Shown: positions 1 through 12,510, counted from the whole stretch's first letter. The stretch: DNA of 63,855 nucleotides, filler included, from Olpidium bornovanus S191 (GCA_017911155.1; 33 parts of 33 records of this genome joined end to end with filler, not necessarily neighbours in it), one strand, 5' to 3'. Notes: generated by a model from the letters alone, not told the origin. Made by a program: numbers and translations.

Positions 1-513
1 CATGTTTATATGCGGCGCAACAATCCACAGCTGTGAAAAAGGCACGCACAATCACGCCCGCCGAATGAATATGCAGGATTAGATTTGCAGGATGGGATTT
101 GCATTGTATCACCTGTATAAGCTGGTATACAATTGTCATCGAATTTTCCATCGAATTCACGGTTAACCAACAATCGAATCTGCAACCAAATCCGTCTAAT
201 AGTGAGCGACCTTGGTGCTATCACTGAAGGAGCAAAATACACGGAAGTGTAGTGATTTGATGTATGGCATGGCGAGTTGACTTGCTTGTGCCTTGTCTTA
301 AGTTTGGAGGGGTGCTCTTGTTTCTGGCTTTACAGGGAAAGGAAGAGGGTTCTGCAAGCAGCGAAGGAAATTGTGTCCTTGGCAGCAGCGGCTAAGGGCC
401 GCGACGGAAACCAGAATAGTCGAAATACACACTACTCTGGAGGAGGTGGCGACGGTGCGCCTCAGTGTCGTTCTGGCAGGGAGTGAGCGACGGCAAAAGC
501 GCGCTTCAAATCG

Positions 514-1803
514 GTGTGGTTTCCCACCGAACTTCCGCCCGTTTGCCGTTTGCCCAGGAACTCTTTCCTCGCCGCGCCTCCGCGGGACCTGCTCACGCGC
601 GGGTACGCTTTCCTCCGTGGGCGAGGGCGGGGGCGAGGGCGAACACGGAGACCTGCTGGCGCGAGACGCGATATGAGCCACGCTCCCGGCGGACCGGTGC
701 CGTCGGTCGAGGATCGCCAGGACGGAACCGACGTAGCCGTCGACGGCTCTACAGACTTTGCTGGCGACTTGTCTTCGGGTGATCACGGCTGTTGTGGGCG
801 CAAACCGTCCGAACCGCTCCCGTCCGCCAACGGTTCTTCGGAATCAAAGTGCGCACCACTTTCGGATCTGGCGTCCTCCGCGTCCACTTTGCTACAAGGA
901 AAGGATTCGCGAGTCGCCACACCCACGAAACAAGGGCGGCGAATTCTGCGTGAACTGAACGCGGTCCCTGAGGCGTTCCGGCTGAACTCCCCGTATTCCG
1001 GAGGTCAAGGCGGCGAAGTCGTGCCGGCGGCAACGGATTGTATTGCTTGCGGGAATGAAATATCCCTTGCTACAGTACCTAAAGAACACTTTGGCACGGC
1101 ATACCTCGAAAAGCCAGATTACCTGGACGAGGAACCGGACGCGGACGAATTAGCAGAAATGGCTGCCGCGTTTGACGCCGAATATGCACAGCAGCCGCTC
1201 TCGTCATTATCTCCGCCGCCAGAAGCGAAGTTACCGAAAAGGATCAGCACTTACGGGTTACTGGATTCTGGCGCTCAACCGTTGCCACCGACGGAGGATT
1301 GTGGTCCCCATTCCGAAGGCTTGGAGGAGGAAGGTTTGTTGTCGTCATTACGGAAAAAATAGGTCGCGAGCGACGGCACTTTCTTTAACGCTCGTTGCAG
1401 GGCTACGTCTGAAAAGACGGCGGGTTTTGAAAGACGAGCGGCCCGGTGACGAAGCAGATGTAGCTCGAAATCCGACTTTCTTTGCGATGTTCGACCGTCC
1501 GACATCCTGCGCACTCCCGTCCTCTGAGAGCATGTTGTTGGGAGGCGACGAAGGCGGCCGGCTTGCGCAATCTATCCTCGAAGAAGGCAGCTCGGCGAGA
1601 GTTGCGTTTTCTCAGCGGGTGCCCACCGTTGATAATGTCGCGATTGGACTTCTAATTGAGATATCTCCAGCCCCACGAGGAACCACCTGTACGAAGCCGC
1701 CTTCATCCGATATTGACCAGTCCATTAAAATCTCCAACCAGACTGGTGCTGGTGGAGCCAGTTCCGCCCAGTGTGGAACCAGCACCCAGTGTATGAGTCA
1801 TGG
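514..1803 (+). CDS. Hypothetical low-complexity (S/P/E/D-rich) protein, spliced, 3'-truncated
   Basis: ORF 514-1362 joins ORF frame 1172-1855 through a GT-AG intron at 1334-1400 (phase 1, branch-like TTTAAC at 1384). No family motif recognised, and the true start is unresolved. Confidence 0.5.
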
Positions 1804-2198
1804 NNNNNNNNNNNNNNNNNNNNNNNNNNNNNNNNNNNNNNNNNNNNTTAATTAATTAANNNNNNNNNNNNNNNNNNNNNNNNNNNNNNNNNNNNNNNNN
1901 NNNCTCGGCCTGCTGCCGTTGGTGTTCCAGCTGTTGCTGGAGTAACTTGGTGACCACTGCCTTGAGGTCTGACAGCTCTGCAGCCAACGCCACGGTCTCT
2001 GGGGTGCCAGTAGGGTCGGCATGACGTACCCCCCCCCCCAATCCGCGGGAAGACTCCGATCCAAAAGGGCGGGCGCCCAGACCGCTGGTGAACCACTATG
2101 CCGCATTTTTCCGTTGCTGGTGACCGGACCCGCCAGGCCGCTCTTTTGGCCTGCTGGATGCCGACTTTAAGTTTCTGTTCGTACCACTTTTGCGGCAG

Positions 2199-2452
2199 GT
2201 TTCCCATTACAGTAACGTGAAGCAGCTCGCCATGTTCGAGGATGTCCGCAAGCTACTTCAGATGAAGATCGCAGCCAACAAGGCGATCATGGCTCGGGGA
2301 GGACGGAGGGCTGAGGCTGAGAAAGGAACCGTGCGTATTTCGCGAACTTATTCTCCCCGGCGATCTGGGGCGACTTTATGACTTGTCTCTGCGTCGGCAC
2401 TCACGAAGCTTTCACCGTCGGGCAGGTCATGCAAGACAGGCTGGTTCTGTAA
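2199..2452 (+). CDS. IFT81: Intraflagellar transport protein 81, last two exons
   Basis: Exon 2199-2330 (VSHYSNVKQLAMFEDVRKLLQMKIAAN...) splices in phase 0 to exon 2426-2452 (VMQDRLVL*). This matches the recalled IFT81 C-terminus (SHGPNMKQxxMWxDLxxLMExK ... EDRLIL*). Confidence 0.8.
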
Positions 2453-2902
2453 ACGCGCGCGCGCATCTTAGTATTTCGCACGTGCCTGAAGGTTTGTCCG
2501 GAAACGTGCCGCGTCAGAGATTTAACGCCCTGTCTCCAGGCGGCCGTGCCCGGTAGGATATCTTACGGCATCCCGCGGTAGCGTTCACAAGTTTTGCGAA
2601 ACGCTTTTTCTTGTGACACCGCTTGGAGTTAAGATTTATTGCCAAAAAGCAGGCTTTTCACCAACAGCGCTCGGTCTGCCCCACAGTCGCAAATAACAAG
2701 CTTGTTCATAGTGAGCGTTTCCGCTTTTGGGGAAATACGAGATTCGAAAAGCTTGTGTACTGGGGGGGGGGGGGGTCAGGATCAGGATCTAGACACTGGC
2801 TGAGTCTACGTTCGTTCCGGGTGTGAGGTCTCTTGCTGCAACGACTGTCTGCTACTCTTTATTTGGAGCGCATCATGGCGGAGCAGGCGTCGCGACCGTG
2901 CG

Positions 2903-2992
2903 TCAGATGACCGTGGAAGGCGCCTGGGGTACAGTGGCGGCGGACCCGAGGGCGTGCAAGCGCGCCCGCAGCTGCTGCACCTCTTCTTCAAG
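2903..2992 (-). CDS. C-terminal fragment of a coiled-coil or leucine-zipper protein
   Basis: Reads LEEEVQQLRARLHALGSAATVPQAPSTVI* from the contig edge, with a heptad Leu pattern. Too short to assign a family. Confidence 0.35.
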   Translation of the reverse strand, partial: LEEEVQQLRARLHALGSAATVPQAPSTVI

Positions 2993-3095
2993 CNNNNNNN
3001 NNNNNNNNNNNNNNNNNNNNNNNNNNNNNNNNNNNNNTTAATTAATTAANNNNNNNNNNNNNNNNNNNNNNNNNNNNNNNNNNNNNNNNNNNNAC

Positions 3096-4382
3096 CATGA
3101 CCGCAGTGACGGCGGCCTGTTTGCCGCCGTCTTGGAGATGTGTTTCGCCGGGCGCGTAGGTGCCCAAGTGGACCTGGACAGTATTGTCGGCGGCACAGCG
3201 ACGGAAGTGCAAGCATTCGAGGCACTTTTTGCCGAAGAGCTCGGCGCTGTGTTGCAGGTGGAGAGCGTTCGCGTGCGTGAGCTGGAGAGGAAGCTGGGCC
3301 TCGCCGTCCTTGACCTCGGCCCCGTAGCCACGGACCGCAGCGAGACGATCGTGTTCCGCGCAATGGGATCCGTGTGGCTCAAAGGCACGCGGGCCGAGTT
3401 CCAGAAGCATTGGGCCGAGACGTCGTATCTCATACAATCCATTCGGGACAACCGCGAGTGCGCGGAGCAGGAGTACGAAAACATCTCGGACTTGAGCGAT
3501 GCTGGGTTGGCCTACGAGCTGACATTTACGCCCGCAGAGGACACTTCGGCGATGGTCAAGCAGCCCAGCTACAGGCCGAGGGTGGCCATCCTGCGCGAGC
3601 AAGGCGTGAACGGTCATGTGGAGATGGCATACTCATTTCATGCCGCAGGGTTTACGGCAGTGGACGTGCACATGTCAGACTTGCTGTCCGGCGAGGTGGA
3701 CCTGGCGGATTTCGTCGGCCTGGCCGCGTGCGGCGGCTTCTCGTACGGCGACGTCCTAGGCGCAGGTGCCGGATGGGCGAAGTCCGTGATTCTGAACTCC
3801 AAGATTCGGGAGGAGGTCAGGCGGTTCGCCTTCGAAAGGAAAGACACATTCCTCCTGGGCGTGTGCAATGGGTGCCAAATGCTCAGCCAGCTTCGGGAGC
3901 TCATCCCCGGGGCAGACCGGTGGCCGTTATTCACCACGAATCGGTCCGAGCGGTTTGAGGCCCGATTCTCCATGGTTGAGGTCGCGGCCGAGGGCTCCCC
4001 CGCCACGAAAGTTTTTTTCGCAGGGATGGGCGGCTCGCGTCTTCCAATCCCCGTGGCCCACGGCGAGGGGCTGGCCGTATTCTCACCCGGTGATTTGGCG
4101 GAATTGGAGCGCGCCGGGCTGGTGGCGATGAGGTACATCGGAACCGACCACGCCTCCGCCGGTGGAGCCACTCAGCGGTACCCGTACAATCCGAACGGCA
4201 GCCCTGCCGGCGTTACCGGCGTCGTCACGCCCGACGGGCGCGTTCTGGCCATGATGCCCCACCCGGAGAGGGCCACACGGACCGCTACACTGTCGTGGGC
4301 TCCAGACGGCGAGAAGGAAAGGTGGGGCGAACACGGGCCGTGGATGAGAATGTTCAGGAACGCCAGGAGATGGGTCGGCTGA
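3096..4382 (+). CDS. ADE6: Phosphoribosylformylglycinamidine synthase (FGAM synthase), C-terminal part including the glutaminase domain
   Basis: Motifs HDRSDGGL, RPRVAILREQGVNG, CGGFSYGDVLGAG, GVCNGCQML (Cys nucleophile), PIPVAHGEG and MMPHPER (His-Glu). Uninterrupted ORF to TGA; 5'-truncated. Confidence 0.97.
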   Translation, partial: HDRSDGGLFAAVLEMCFAGRVGAQVDLDSIVGGTATEVQAFEALFAEELGAVLQVESVRVRELERKLGLAVLDLGPVATDRSETIVFRAMGSVWLKGTRAEFQKHWAETSYLIQSIRDNRECAEQEYENISDLSDAGLAYELTFTPAEDTSAMVKQPSYRPRVAILREQGVNGHVEMAYSFHAAGFTAVDVHMSDLLSGEVDLADFVGLAACGGFSYGDVLGAGAGWAKSVILNSKIREEVRRFAFERKDTFLLGVCNGCQMLSQLRELIPGADRWPLFTTNRSERFEARFSMVEVAAEGSPATKVFFAGMGGSRLPIPVAHGEGLAVFSPGDLAELERAGLVAMRYIGTDHASAGGATQRYPYNPNGSPAGVTGVVTPDGRVLAMMPHPERATRTATLSWAPDGEKERWGEHGPWMRMFRNARRWVG

Positions 4383-4395
4383 CGCGGGTGTCTTT

Positions 4396-4478
4396 GCGGC
4401 CGGGCTGAAACCGCCCCACGCCGTTCATTTCCCGCGGCCGGGCTGAAACCGCCCCACGCGGTTCATTTCCTGCGGCCG
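4396..4478. repeat. 38-bp direct tandem repeat, about 2.2 copies, just downstream of the ADE6 stop
   Basis: gcggccgggctgaaaccgccccacgccgttcatttccc at 4396-4433, a copy with 2 mismatches at 4434-4471, then gcggccg. Confidence 0.9.
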
Positions 4479-5707
4479 CTTGAACGGCCGGCTACAACGC
4501 CTCCACTGCCCATAAATCAATGTTTTTTGAATAGACCTGCGTTGTTACGTGCGAGTGCATGACGGAGTCGCTCCGCCTAGGTGTTCCAGGGATTTCACCA
4601 GCCGTCCACAATTTGTCACGTCTCTCCGTGCTCTAGGTCACCTCGGGGGGAGTGGGATGTCACACGTGGCGTCGGTGNNNNNNNNNNNNNNNNNNNNNNN
4701 NNNNNNNNNNNNNNNNNNNNNTTAATTAATTAANNNNNNNNNNNNNNNNNNNNNNNNNNNNNNNNNNNNNNNNNNNNCATGAATTGAATATGCACCGCCG
4801 TGATAGTTGTGGTCCCCGTCATAGCGCTCGACATAACAGAATCAACCAAAAAAGTTCTCTGGGGACTTCGGTTTCCGTACCTTTTGTCTCGCTCCGCCGG
4901 CGCTTTTGGCCTGCGGAAATTTACAATGCGGGTCTTGAGCCAGACGGATAGTCTGCAGCATTTGTCTTTGTCAGCAACATCTACTGCTCGTCGCGACGTT
5001 CGCCGGCGACGTCGTTCGATCCGCCGTCGGGCGCTGAGCACCTGGGACAATCTTTCGACGGGCGTGGCGATGTTCAGCGGTCGCCCTGCTCGGTTCGGGG
5101 TCCGTCCGGCCCTCGTCACAGGGCGTGCTCAAGCCGCGAAAGACCGCTTTGAGGATGCGTTTGAACGCCATGACTGATGGGCTTCCCCGATTACCCCCCC
5201 CCCCTCCCTCTCCTTTCCCCTGCCCCCGTCCCCACGGAGTGCCCGCGTTTTCTGATTTCGGAAAAAAAAAACGATCTCTTGAAAACGGATTTTGTGGGGA
5301 TGGCGCATCGGCATGCAAGCAATTCGGTGCCGGTGCCAAGTGCTTTAACGCAGAGTGGCGAAAACTTCTTGCGACGGCGGATTTCCCGGCCATCTTACAC
5401 TTTTTATATCGGAACGCGTTGCGGCCTTCTACCCCGCCCCGCCACACTCTGCTTCCCCTTCTCCCGCGTCCATTCCCCTCCACTTTGATAACGATTTCCC
5501 TTTCACCTGCTTTTCGAATGCGGGACCGGGAGCTTTCGAGCCCCAGTGAACCCGCATTGCATTTGGATCTCGCTTCCTCACGTCCGGGAAAACGGTGTGG
5601 CCAAAGAAACTCAACCGCACACCTCTCTCGCAACCACCCCTCTTCCCACTCTTTCCCCCTACCCCCCCCCCCCCCCGGGCTTTTTTTGTTCATTTTTCGT
5701 TACAAAG

Positions 5708-5793
5708 CCGTACGCAGGAAGATCGCGCAGCGAGCTCTGCAAAGACTGAAAGAAGAGAAGGCCACCGTCGCTTTGCAGAGCCGCTGGCGAGCG
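5708..5793 (+). CDS. IQ-motif exon, probably a myosin neck region
   Basis: After an AG acceptor it reads AVRRKIAQRALQRLKEEKATVALQSRWRA, an IQ-like motif (LQSRWR) running into the contig edge. Confidence 0.45.
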
Positions 5794-6597
5794 NNNNNNN
5801 NNNNNNNNNNNNNNNNNNNNNNNNNNNNNNNNNNNNNTTAATTAATTAANNNNNNNNNNNNNNNNNNNNNNNNNNNNNNNNNNNNNNNNNNNNCCATGAA
5901 ACACGGCAGACACGCCGTCGTTCAAAATTTTGCTCCCCCTCCCTTGCCCCTTCCCACTCCCTCACCCCCACAATGTTTCGCGGCGGCGTACAGCGGGGTC
6001 GAAATCCGGGCCGCCCGTTTCCCAAAAGATGCTCTCGACATCTCGCCCGGTTCGCCGCTCCCGTGATTGTGCGTAGAGCTTTGTCCGCAGGTGCGGCAAG
6101 CACAAAGAAACACCGCGTACCCGAACGGCAGAAACCCCGGCCCCTTTTGGGAGCGGAGAAGCTGAGACCGGCAGTGGCGAAACGCAATTTCACATTTTTT
6201 CCTCTCTGATTTGGTGCCCGAAAACGACGCTGGACTCGCTCCGATACTAACCGGAAGGGGGAGGAGGAGTGGGTGTGGAAGGGGGGGGGGAAGCCCTTGA
6301 TTGATGTTACTACGTACATATACACGGTCGGGAGTGCGGAATCGCAGAACGTATATATATAGTACTCCGTGTATCTAAACGCCGCAGTCGTTTTTTTTTT
6401 TTTTTTTTGTTTTTTTGCGGAACGGGGGATGGAGGAGATCCTGCGCTAGCGGCCCAAACAGCCAGGGCAAAACGGATGATTCGAGGCCGCCAAAATGGGC
6501 GATACGGAAAATAAAATATGAAAAAAAAGAAAAAAAAACGCGCGCGCGACGGAAAAGCAGATTAAAAAATGGGAAATGGGGGGGGAGTGTGTGGCGT

Positions 6598-6936
6598 TCA
6601 TTCTTCAGTTCTCAGACTTGCCCGGAGGCAAGGCGACGGCGATCGACGGCACTCCTCGGCGGCGAAACTCGGTTCGGCCAGTTCCCAGGGGGCGCCCCAG
6701 TCGCCGTCCTCCCCTGGTCCCCCTCCTCCTCGTCCTCCCGTCCCCGCCCCGGACGGGACCGCAAACGCCTGCGCCGGCACCGCGAGCGTCAGCTCTGACG
6801 GCCGCAACCGGAGGAGGTAACCCATCCTCAAGAACATGAGCCCGAAGATGGTCTCATCGGCCGCGACTGCGGCATAATGCAGGTTCGGGAAGAGGAACAA
6901 ATGGCCCACTAGGCGACTCTGCGTTCGAAGACGTGG

Positions 6937-6972
<36 letters not shown>

Positions 6973-7101
6973 CATAGACACATGGTTTAGTGAGCGGTCC
7001 TCGAATCCGGGGATGGGATCCGCCCTGCGGCTTCCGCGGCACGCACGGACACGTATACACACTCACCGCGGTTTTGGCAACGGCGTACCACGCGAACGTC
7101 G
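6598..7101 (-). CDS. Putative Core-2/I-branching (GT14-like) glycosyltransferase, C-terminal part
   Basis: Exon 7101-7067 and exon 6918-6598 join through a phase-0 GT-AG intron: TFAWYAVAKTASRLV...AADETIF...ELT. This resembles the GT14 W-F-A-L-S-R-x4-L-V ... D-E-x-x-F pattern. Confidence 0.4.
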
Positions 7102-7204
7102 NNNNNNNNNNNNNNNNNNNNNNNNNNNNNNNNNNNNNNNNNNNNTTAATTAATTAANNNNNNNNNNNNNNNNNNNNNNNNNNNNNNNNNNNNNNNNNNN
7201 NCCC

Positions 7205-8934
7205 TACCCTTGTCGCACTTCCGACGTCGCCACCTGGTACATTGCCCGAGCGCACAGCATTGACGCCGAAACAGGCTTGGCTGACCAGGCGTTCGCTCTG
7301 GTGCGCTTTGGGATGTCCCATGGCATTCCCGGCCTGGAGGATGTAAGAGACCATCTACTGGTCCTCAATCAGCTTATCTACGAATGCGCGCCGAGTTGTC
7401 CGGAACTTTCCACGTGTGTTTCTCTGCGGCAGCTGGAGGACATGTCTGGCGACCAGGTCTTCCGCTTGTTCCTAAAGGAAACTGATTCTGATCACTTGGT
7501 GGACGATATCCGCGATTATGCTTTGCCAGCACTGAAGATCATGCAGCGTGCCAAGAACGCCAGCAGCACCCAAGGGGATCCCTTTGAGACGTTATACGCC
7601 TGGATACTAGAGCTTCCGCGGGAAGGAAAGCTCGGCTGGTGCCGGCGGATCTTTAACGCGTCGCGCCCGGCCGTCAGACCTAGCTATCGGCTTATCACGT
7701 CTGACCGCGCGTTGACCTTGTTGGCGCTTTCATGTTCCTACTCAGTCGACTCGTCGAGCGCAAACGATTGGGCCGAACTAAAGGAAATACTCAAGTGCTT
7801 GAACATCGAAGCCGGACATGAAACGGGATCACAAACCTCGGACTTGGATCCCGCAACATCGCATGAAGACGACGGGACAGGAGGCGGCGCGGAATCCGAC
7901 TGGAGCGAGAGTTCGCCCAGAAGGCGCGGCCCTCGTCGCCGGCCGATACCGATCCCTCCTCCGACCGCTTTCACCCCCGCGGAATTTTACGCGTTTTACG
8001 CGTCCCTGACTCCCGACCGCCTTGAGCAAGCGGTACTCGGTTTCGCCGAGCACGTCGCGGCCAACGACGTTCTCGAACGGTACGGCTTCGCGGTGGTGGC
8101 AAAATGGTATCTGCACCTGGCAAGTTCTGTAGAAGCCCAGCGGGGTCTCGTGGTTCGTCTCGCTCGGCTGGGTTCCGGCGGAGGGACGGCAAAGGCGGCG
8201 AAAACGTGGGCGAACGAGGACTGGACGCGTCTGCTGGACGACTTGCTGAGGCTCCATGACGACGACTGCGGCGTCATCGGGCTGCTGGACCTCGAGGACG
8301 TGGTCAGCGAGTACATGGCCGGCTTGCTGGCCAACGCAAGTATCCTTTTCGTAGCCTGGAGGAAGTTTTTTTTTTTCGAGCGAACGTGCGCGCGGTTGCC
8401 GGCCGGGCTTCGCCCTTCCGTTCCGCTTGCGGCCGCGCGTGCTTTTTCGCCTGTCCTTGACTCGTATATCGTCCGACTTCCAGAGTTTTGGTTAGCGAAG
8501 GAGATACTAGTCCCGTCGGATGAACCCCCTCTGCTTCCTTTACCGAAAGCCGAATCGCTGCTGCTGAACGCCGCAAGGGAGTACTTCGACAACGCAAATC
8601 CGGAAAACGGTTATTTGTCTCTTGCTTACGAATGGTGAGTCGGCCGCGGACACGGTATTGCGTTATCACAACAAGGTGAACACTAATGGCAATTGTCGGC
8701 CGTCGGTGATCAGCTTATGCGTGCTGCCGAAACCAACCGACGCCATACAGGCAGAACTGGATCTCATCAGCGCGACCCAGAGGCTGATGCAGGCCGGAGT
8801 CTGGCACAAGCAGGGCATGCCAATCCTTCCGATCCAGGTTCGACTGGCACCAAACAGGATGGATCTTGTGCGGCGATACGTCGAGCTCGTGCCGGACGCC
8901 TGGAACGACCCCGGCGCCGTCGTCCTGCTCGCGG
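7205..8934 (+). CDS. SEC39: Sec39/NBAS-family ER tethering protein, internal part
   Basis: WYIARAHSIDAETGLADQAFALV, LNQLIYEC, AAREYFDNA, IQAELDLISA and ILPIQVRLAPNRMDL match recalled NBAS/Sec39 blocks. There is an intron after about 8635. Confidence 0.85.
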
Positions 8935-9034
8935 NNNNNNNNNNNNNNNNNNNNNNNNNNNNNNNNNNNNNNNNNNNNTTAATTAATTAANNNNNNNNNN
9001 NNNNNNNNNNNNNNNNNNNNNNNNNNNNNNNNNN

Positions 9035-9821
9035 GCTCGGCGTCCATGGACAACGTGAGGATCGTCGACCACCGCCGGCGCTCGGCCCGCTTGAGCATGT
9101 CCAGCTGCTCGCGATTCCACTGGGATAGCTCCTTCCACGACCGAGCCGCGGCCCCACAAGCGACTGCGTCTGTGATCCGAGGCGCTTCTATTTGGGCGGT
9201 TGGTCGCACCCCAACTGTAGGGTTGGTGGAGATGGCCATCGGTACCGTTCTGTCTTCGATGCCCCCAGCCGGCTTCCGCGCGGTGCTCGGTCTGTGCGGC
9301 CGTACCAGCGCTTTCTTTGGGTTCCGGGGCTGGACCTCGGCTCGCATCGAAGACCTCTTCGAGCGCTGTCTCTTAGGCGGGGGTGATATCCGCGGCCCTG
9401 CGTCGTTGCGCCTGCCTCCTTCCTCAGAAATCGATCGCCCTCTAGCTCTTTTCGCAGCATTCCTTGGCAAGCCCCGCCTCCTCAAGAGTGGCACTGATGG
9501 CTCCCTTTCGTCTTCCGGCTCCCCGGCTTCACCCCCGGCGCTCTCGGCCTCCACGCTCTCGTCGTCGACCGGGCTCGAAGACCCCTCTGCCACTTCTTCT
9601 GCCTGGCTTCTTTCATCTTCATCGTTCCCGTCGTCCTCCTCGTTGCCGCTCGACGGTTCGCCGGTAATGGATAAGAACGGGTCCGGGACCCTTCTTCCTT
9701 GTTCAACTGCCCTTTTTCGCAACAGCCGGCCTCGTTCTGCCAGGAGAGCCATGATCCTGGATGTTCCGCTTGGCCCTTTGGTCCGGATCGGCTCACTATC
9801 CGCCCGCAGGCAGCGGCCCAT
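9035..9821 (-). CDS. Hypothetical disordered, acidic/basic low-complexity protein (partial)
   Basis: An open frame of about 260 codons with E/D- and R/K-rich tracts. No domain recognised; an antisense ORF of similar length also exists. Confidence 0.3.
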
Positions 9822-10407
9822 TTAGAGGACGCGGTCGCGGCGGCGGTAGGGGATGAGGTGCCCCAGCATAGGAAGCGGGCCAAGCTGGACCCGCGGGGGC
9901 TAATATAGCTTTGGATAAAAGAAATACTTTTTCCTTTTTGCCCGTGAATAATATTCCTCGAGGCGCCCCTTATGATGGTGTTCCGGTGGAGGCCAGTGGT
10001 GTTTCACACATGGAGGTGTCGTTATCGTTTTTTATTTTGGTGTTTTTGTTTTGGGCTGCGTTGGGTGGTAGTAGTAGTAGTAGTCTGAGAGCAGTAAAAA
10101 TATTTTGGGCGCAACACCCCCCCTCGCTCGAAGGACGGAGTAGAAAATGGAAGAAAAATATGAAGTTTGGGTTGACGGGGAAGTACGGTAAAGCGGGAGA
10201 AGGAGAAGTATGGTAAAATGGGAAAACTAATTGGATGGAAAGTAAAGTGCGGAACTGTGCGGAAAATCCTGACTGCTCGGTACCTTCTCGCCTCGGCCAA
10301 CGCCCCCNNNNNNNNNNNNNNNNNNNNNNNNNNNNNNNNNNNNNNNNNNNNTTAATTAATTAANNNNNNNNNNNNNNNNNNNNNNNNNNNNNNNNNNNNN
10401 NNNNNNN

Positions 10408-12297
10408 GAGAACACGCCGTTTCACCCGCCATCTCCGGATCGCCAGCCGCCAGCAACTGTTCAGACGCGCCCTGAGGAACGGACGTGCGTTCCAGTTTTT
10501 CGACGACCTCAGAGAGGTTGGATCCATGGAGCACCTCGATCGACGTGAAAGCCCGGAGACACGATTCCAGACTGCACCGTGTCTGTTTCGATCACATAAG
10601 CATTCGAAAATTCGGCGACTCTCGAGGGCCTGAACCGGCTCGCTTTGAATCAAAAACACGCATAAACACACGTACGCTTGTCGGGAGAGTAAGGCTCAGA
10701 CTGTTGAAAGTGAAATGTCGGATGGCTGCCTTCAGTCGGCCAGCATCGGCGAAACGGAAAGGAATGCACGACGAACGGGCGATAAGAAGGAGGTTGCCGG
10801 AAAACGCAGCGCAGCAGCAAACATGCGATTCGACCGGAGCAGTGTTGACGTTACCGTGTAGCCGCATTGAACGCAGCTAAACCTACTTGCTTGCAGGCCG
10901 AAAAACGGCGAACGCGGGGAAAACGATTTGGCAGCATTTTCGGCCGTTATTAACTTCTTTCCAAAACAATTACTCCTGCAGTTTTCCTGTGTCAGATTAA
11001 AAAACCGGTGAGTTGCCTATCAGGAAGGCAGGGCGGCATCGGACGTGTTTTTTGTTAAGCTGCCCAAACAACGCGCCAGCGCGACTTACTTTGGGTCGGC
11101 GTCGTACCGCATCTGCGCAAAACGGGCTACGCACACAACCCAGCTCGCCCCAGCCGCCTCCCGTGGCAGCGTCTTCGTTTTCGACACCGGACGCCACAAT
11201 CTGGAAGAACTCCTGGGCATCCTGCTGCTCGTGATTGGTGACTCTTCGGTTCGACGCAAGCGCCTGAATCAGGGCGTTTGGGCAGAAGGCTTTTCTTCCG
11301 TCGTAGGGCACCGGTTCGTTCAAAGCTTGACCACGAGAAACCAGTATAGATTTCCAACGTATCATGTCAGCAACGTCCTGATTGTCGCCAAGTGGCGTTT
11401 CCACAACTCCGGTTTCCGTTCGCCTTCCAAGCCACGCCGCATACCCAAAACAGTATCCAGCAGCGCCTCTGTTACCGGAAGCGCCGCCTGCGTCGCCCAG
11501 GGTTGGTCGCGGCGGGACAGCACGTCGTCCAGATACTCCGGCAGGCGCGATAACGTCGCCAAGCCCTGCGAACGGCTTTCCCTCAGCTCGACAATCCTGG
11601 AGCGAATACAACTTAAGGTATTTCCCGTCCAGGACCGCCCCTCACCTGCAAGACGGAGTTGATGAAGCAAGTGTTGCCCGCGTTGTAGAGTCCGTACACC
11701 GCATGCGGAACTGAACCAACCGCACAGGAACGAGTCGGCCGTTTTGTATGGCGGGGTAGCAGCGAGTGGCGGTGAAGGCGCCGGGGGAAGGGGGGGGGGG
11801 TCAGTCCACGCACCGATTTCGTTGCGGAAACGCGGGCCGGCACTTTCGTAGTCATCGTCGTCGTCGTCGTCGTCGGACCGTTCGTCGACGAAGCCGCGCG
11901 GGCCGGCCCGCCTGGTCCTCTTCCGGGTCGCGCGCGCCGCGTCCTGCCCGGCGCGTTTTTGCCTCAACCGGAGGCCGGAGCGTCCGTCGGCGCCGCTCGC
12001 TGCTCCGCCGGCGGCTGGCGCCGCTTCTGCAGCCGCTGCTACGCCTGCGCCTGCTTCTGCCGCTGCCGGCGCCGGCCCTCGCGCGGCGCGGGCGCGAAGC
12101 CGGGAGGCGCGCGGGGGCCGTGGCGCGAAGAAGGGACGGGTCCGCCGCGGGGCCCACAGGCGACGAAGCAGCAGCGGGGCGCGCCTCCGCAGCTCGGCGA
12201 CGCAGCGGTCGAGGAACTGGGGCTCGTAGTAGGCGTAGGAGGTTATCGCGACGAAGACCAGCGCCACGACGGCCTGGACGGCCTCGAAGAAGGACAT
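10408..12297 (-). CDS. Ubiquitin-specific protease (USP30/Ubp16-like) with an N-terminal membrane anchor
   Basis: N-terminal hydrophobic helix (MSFFEAVQAVVALVFVAITSYAYY), Cys box GLYNAGNTCFINSVLQ, QQDAQEFF and FTFNSLSLTLP. Multi-exon, 3'-truncated. Confidence 0.88.
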
Positions 12298-12458
12298 TTG
12301 GGCCGAAGCGGGCGGGGAATGGGGGGGGGATGGGGGGGGGGTTTTTTTTTTTTTTTTTTTTTTTTGTTTTTTTTTTTTTTGGGGAGTGAGAAAGAGAAAA
12401 TGAGTCCCCAAGAAGAAAAGAGACATTTTTTTTTTTGACGCGCGCGCGCTGACAACAC

Positions 12459-12510
<52 letters not shown>

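Noticed and set aside
1804-1903. TTAATTAATTAA flanked by N runs, and ORFs ending in X...LIN
   Set aside because: Artificial six-frame-stop spacer, not biological. Gene adjacency across spacers was not used as evidence.
1904-2041. Minus-strand coiled-coil ORF (LAAELSDLKAVVTKLLQQQLEHQRQQ), gag-like
   Set aside because: Short, with no diagnostic motif, and it lies in what is probably the intron upstream of the IFT81 exon. Cannot be supported.
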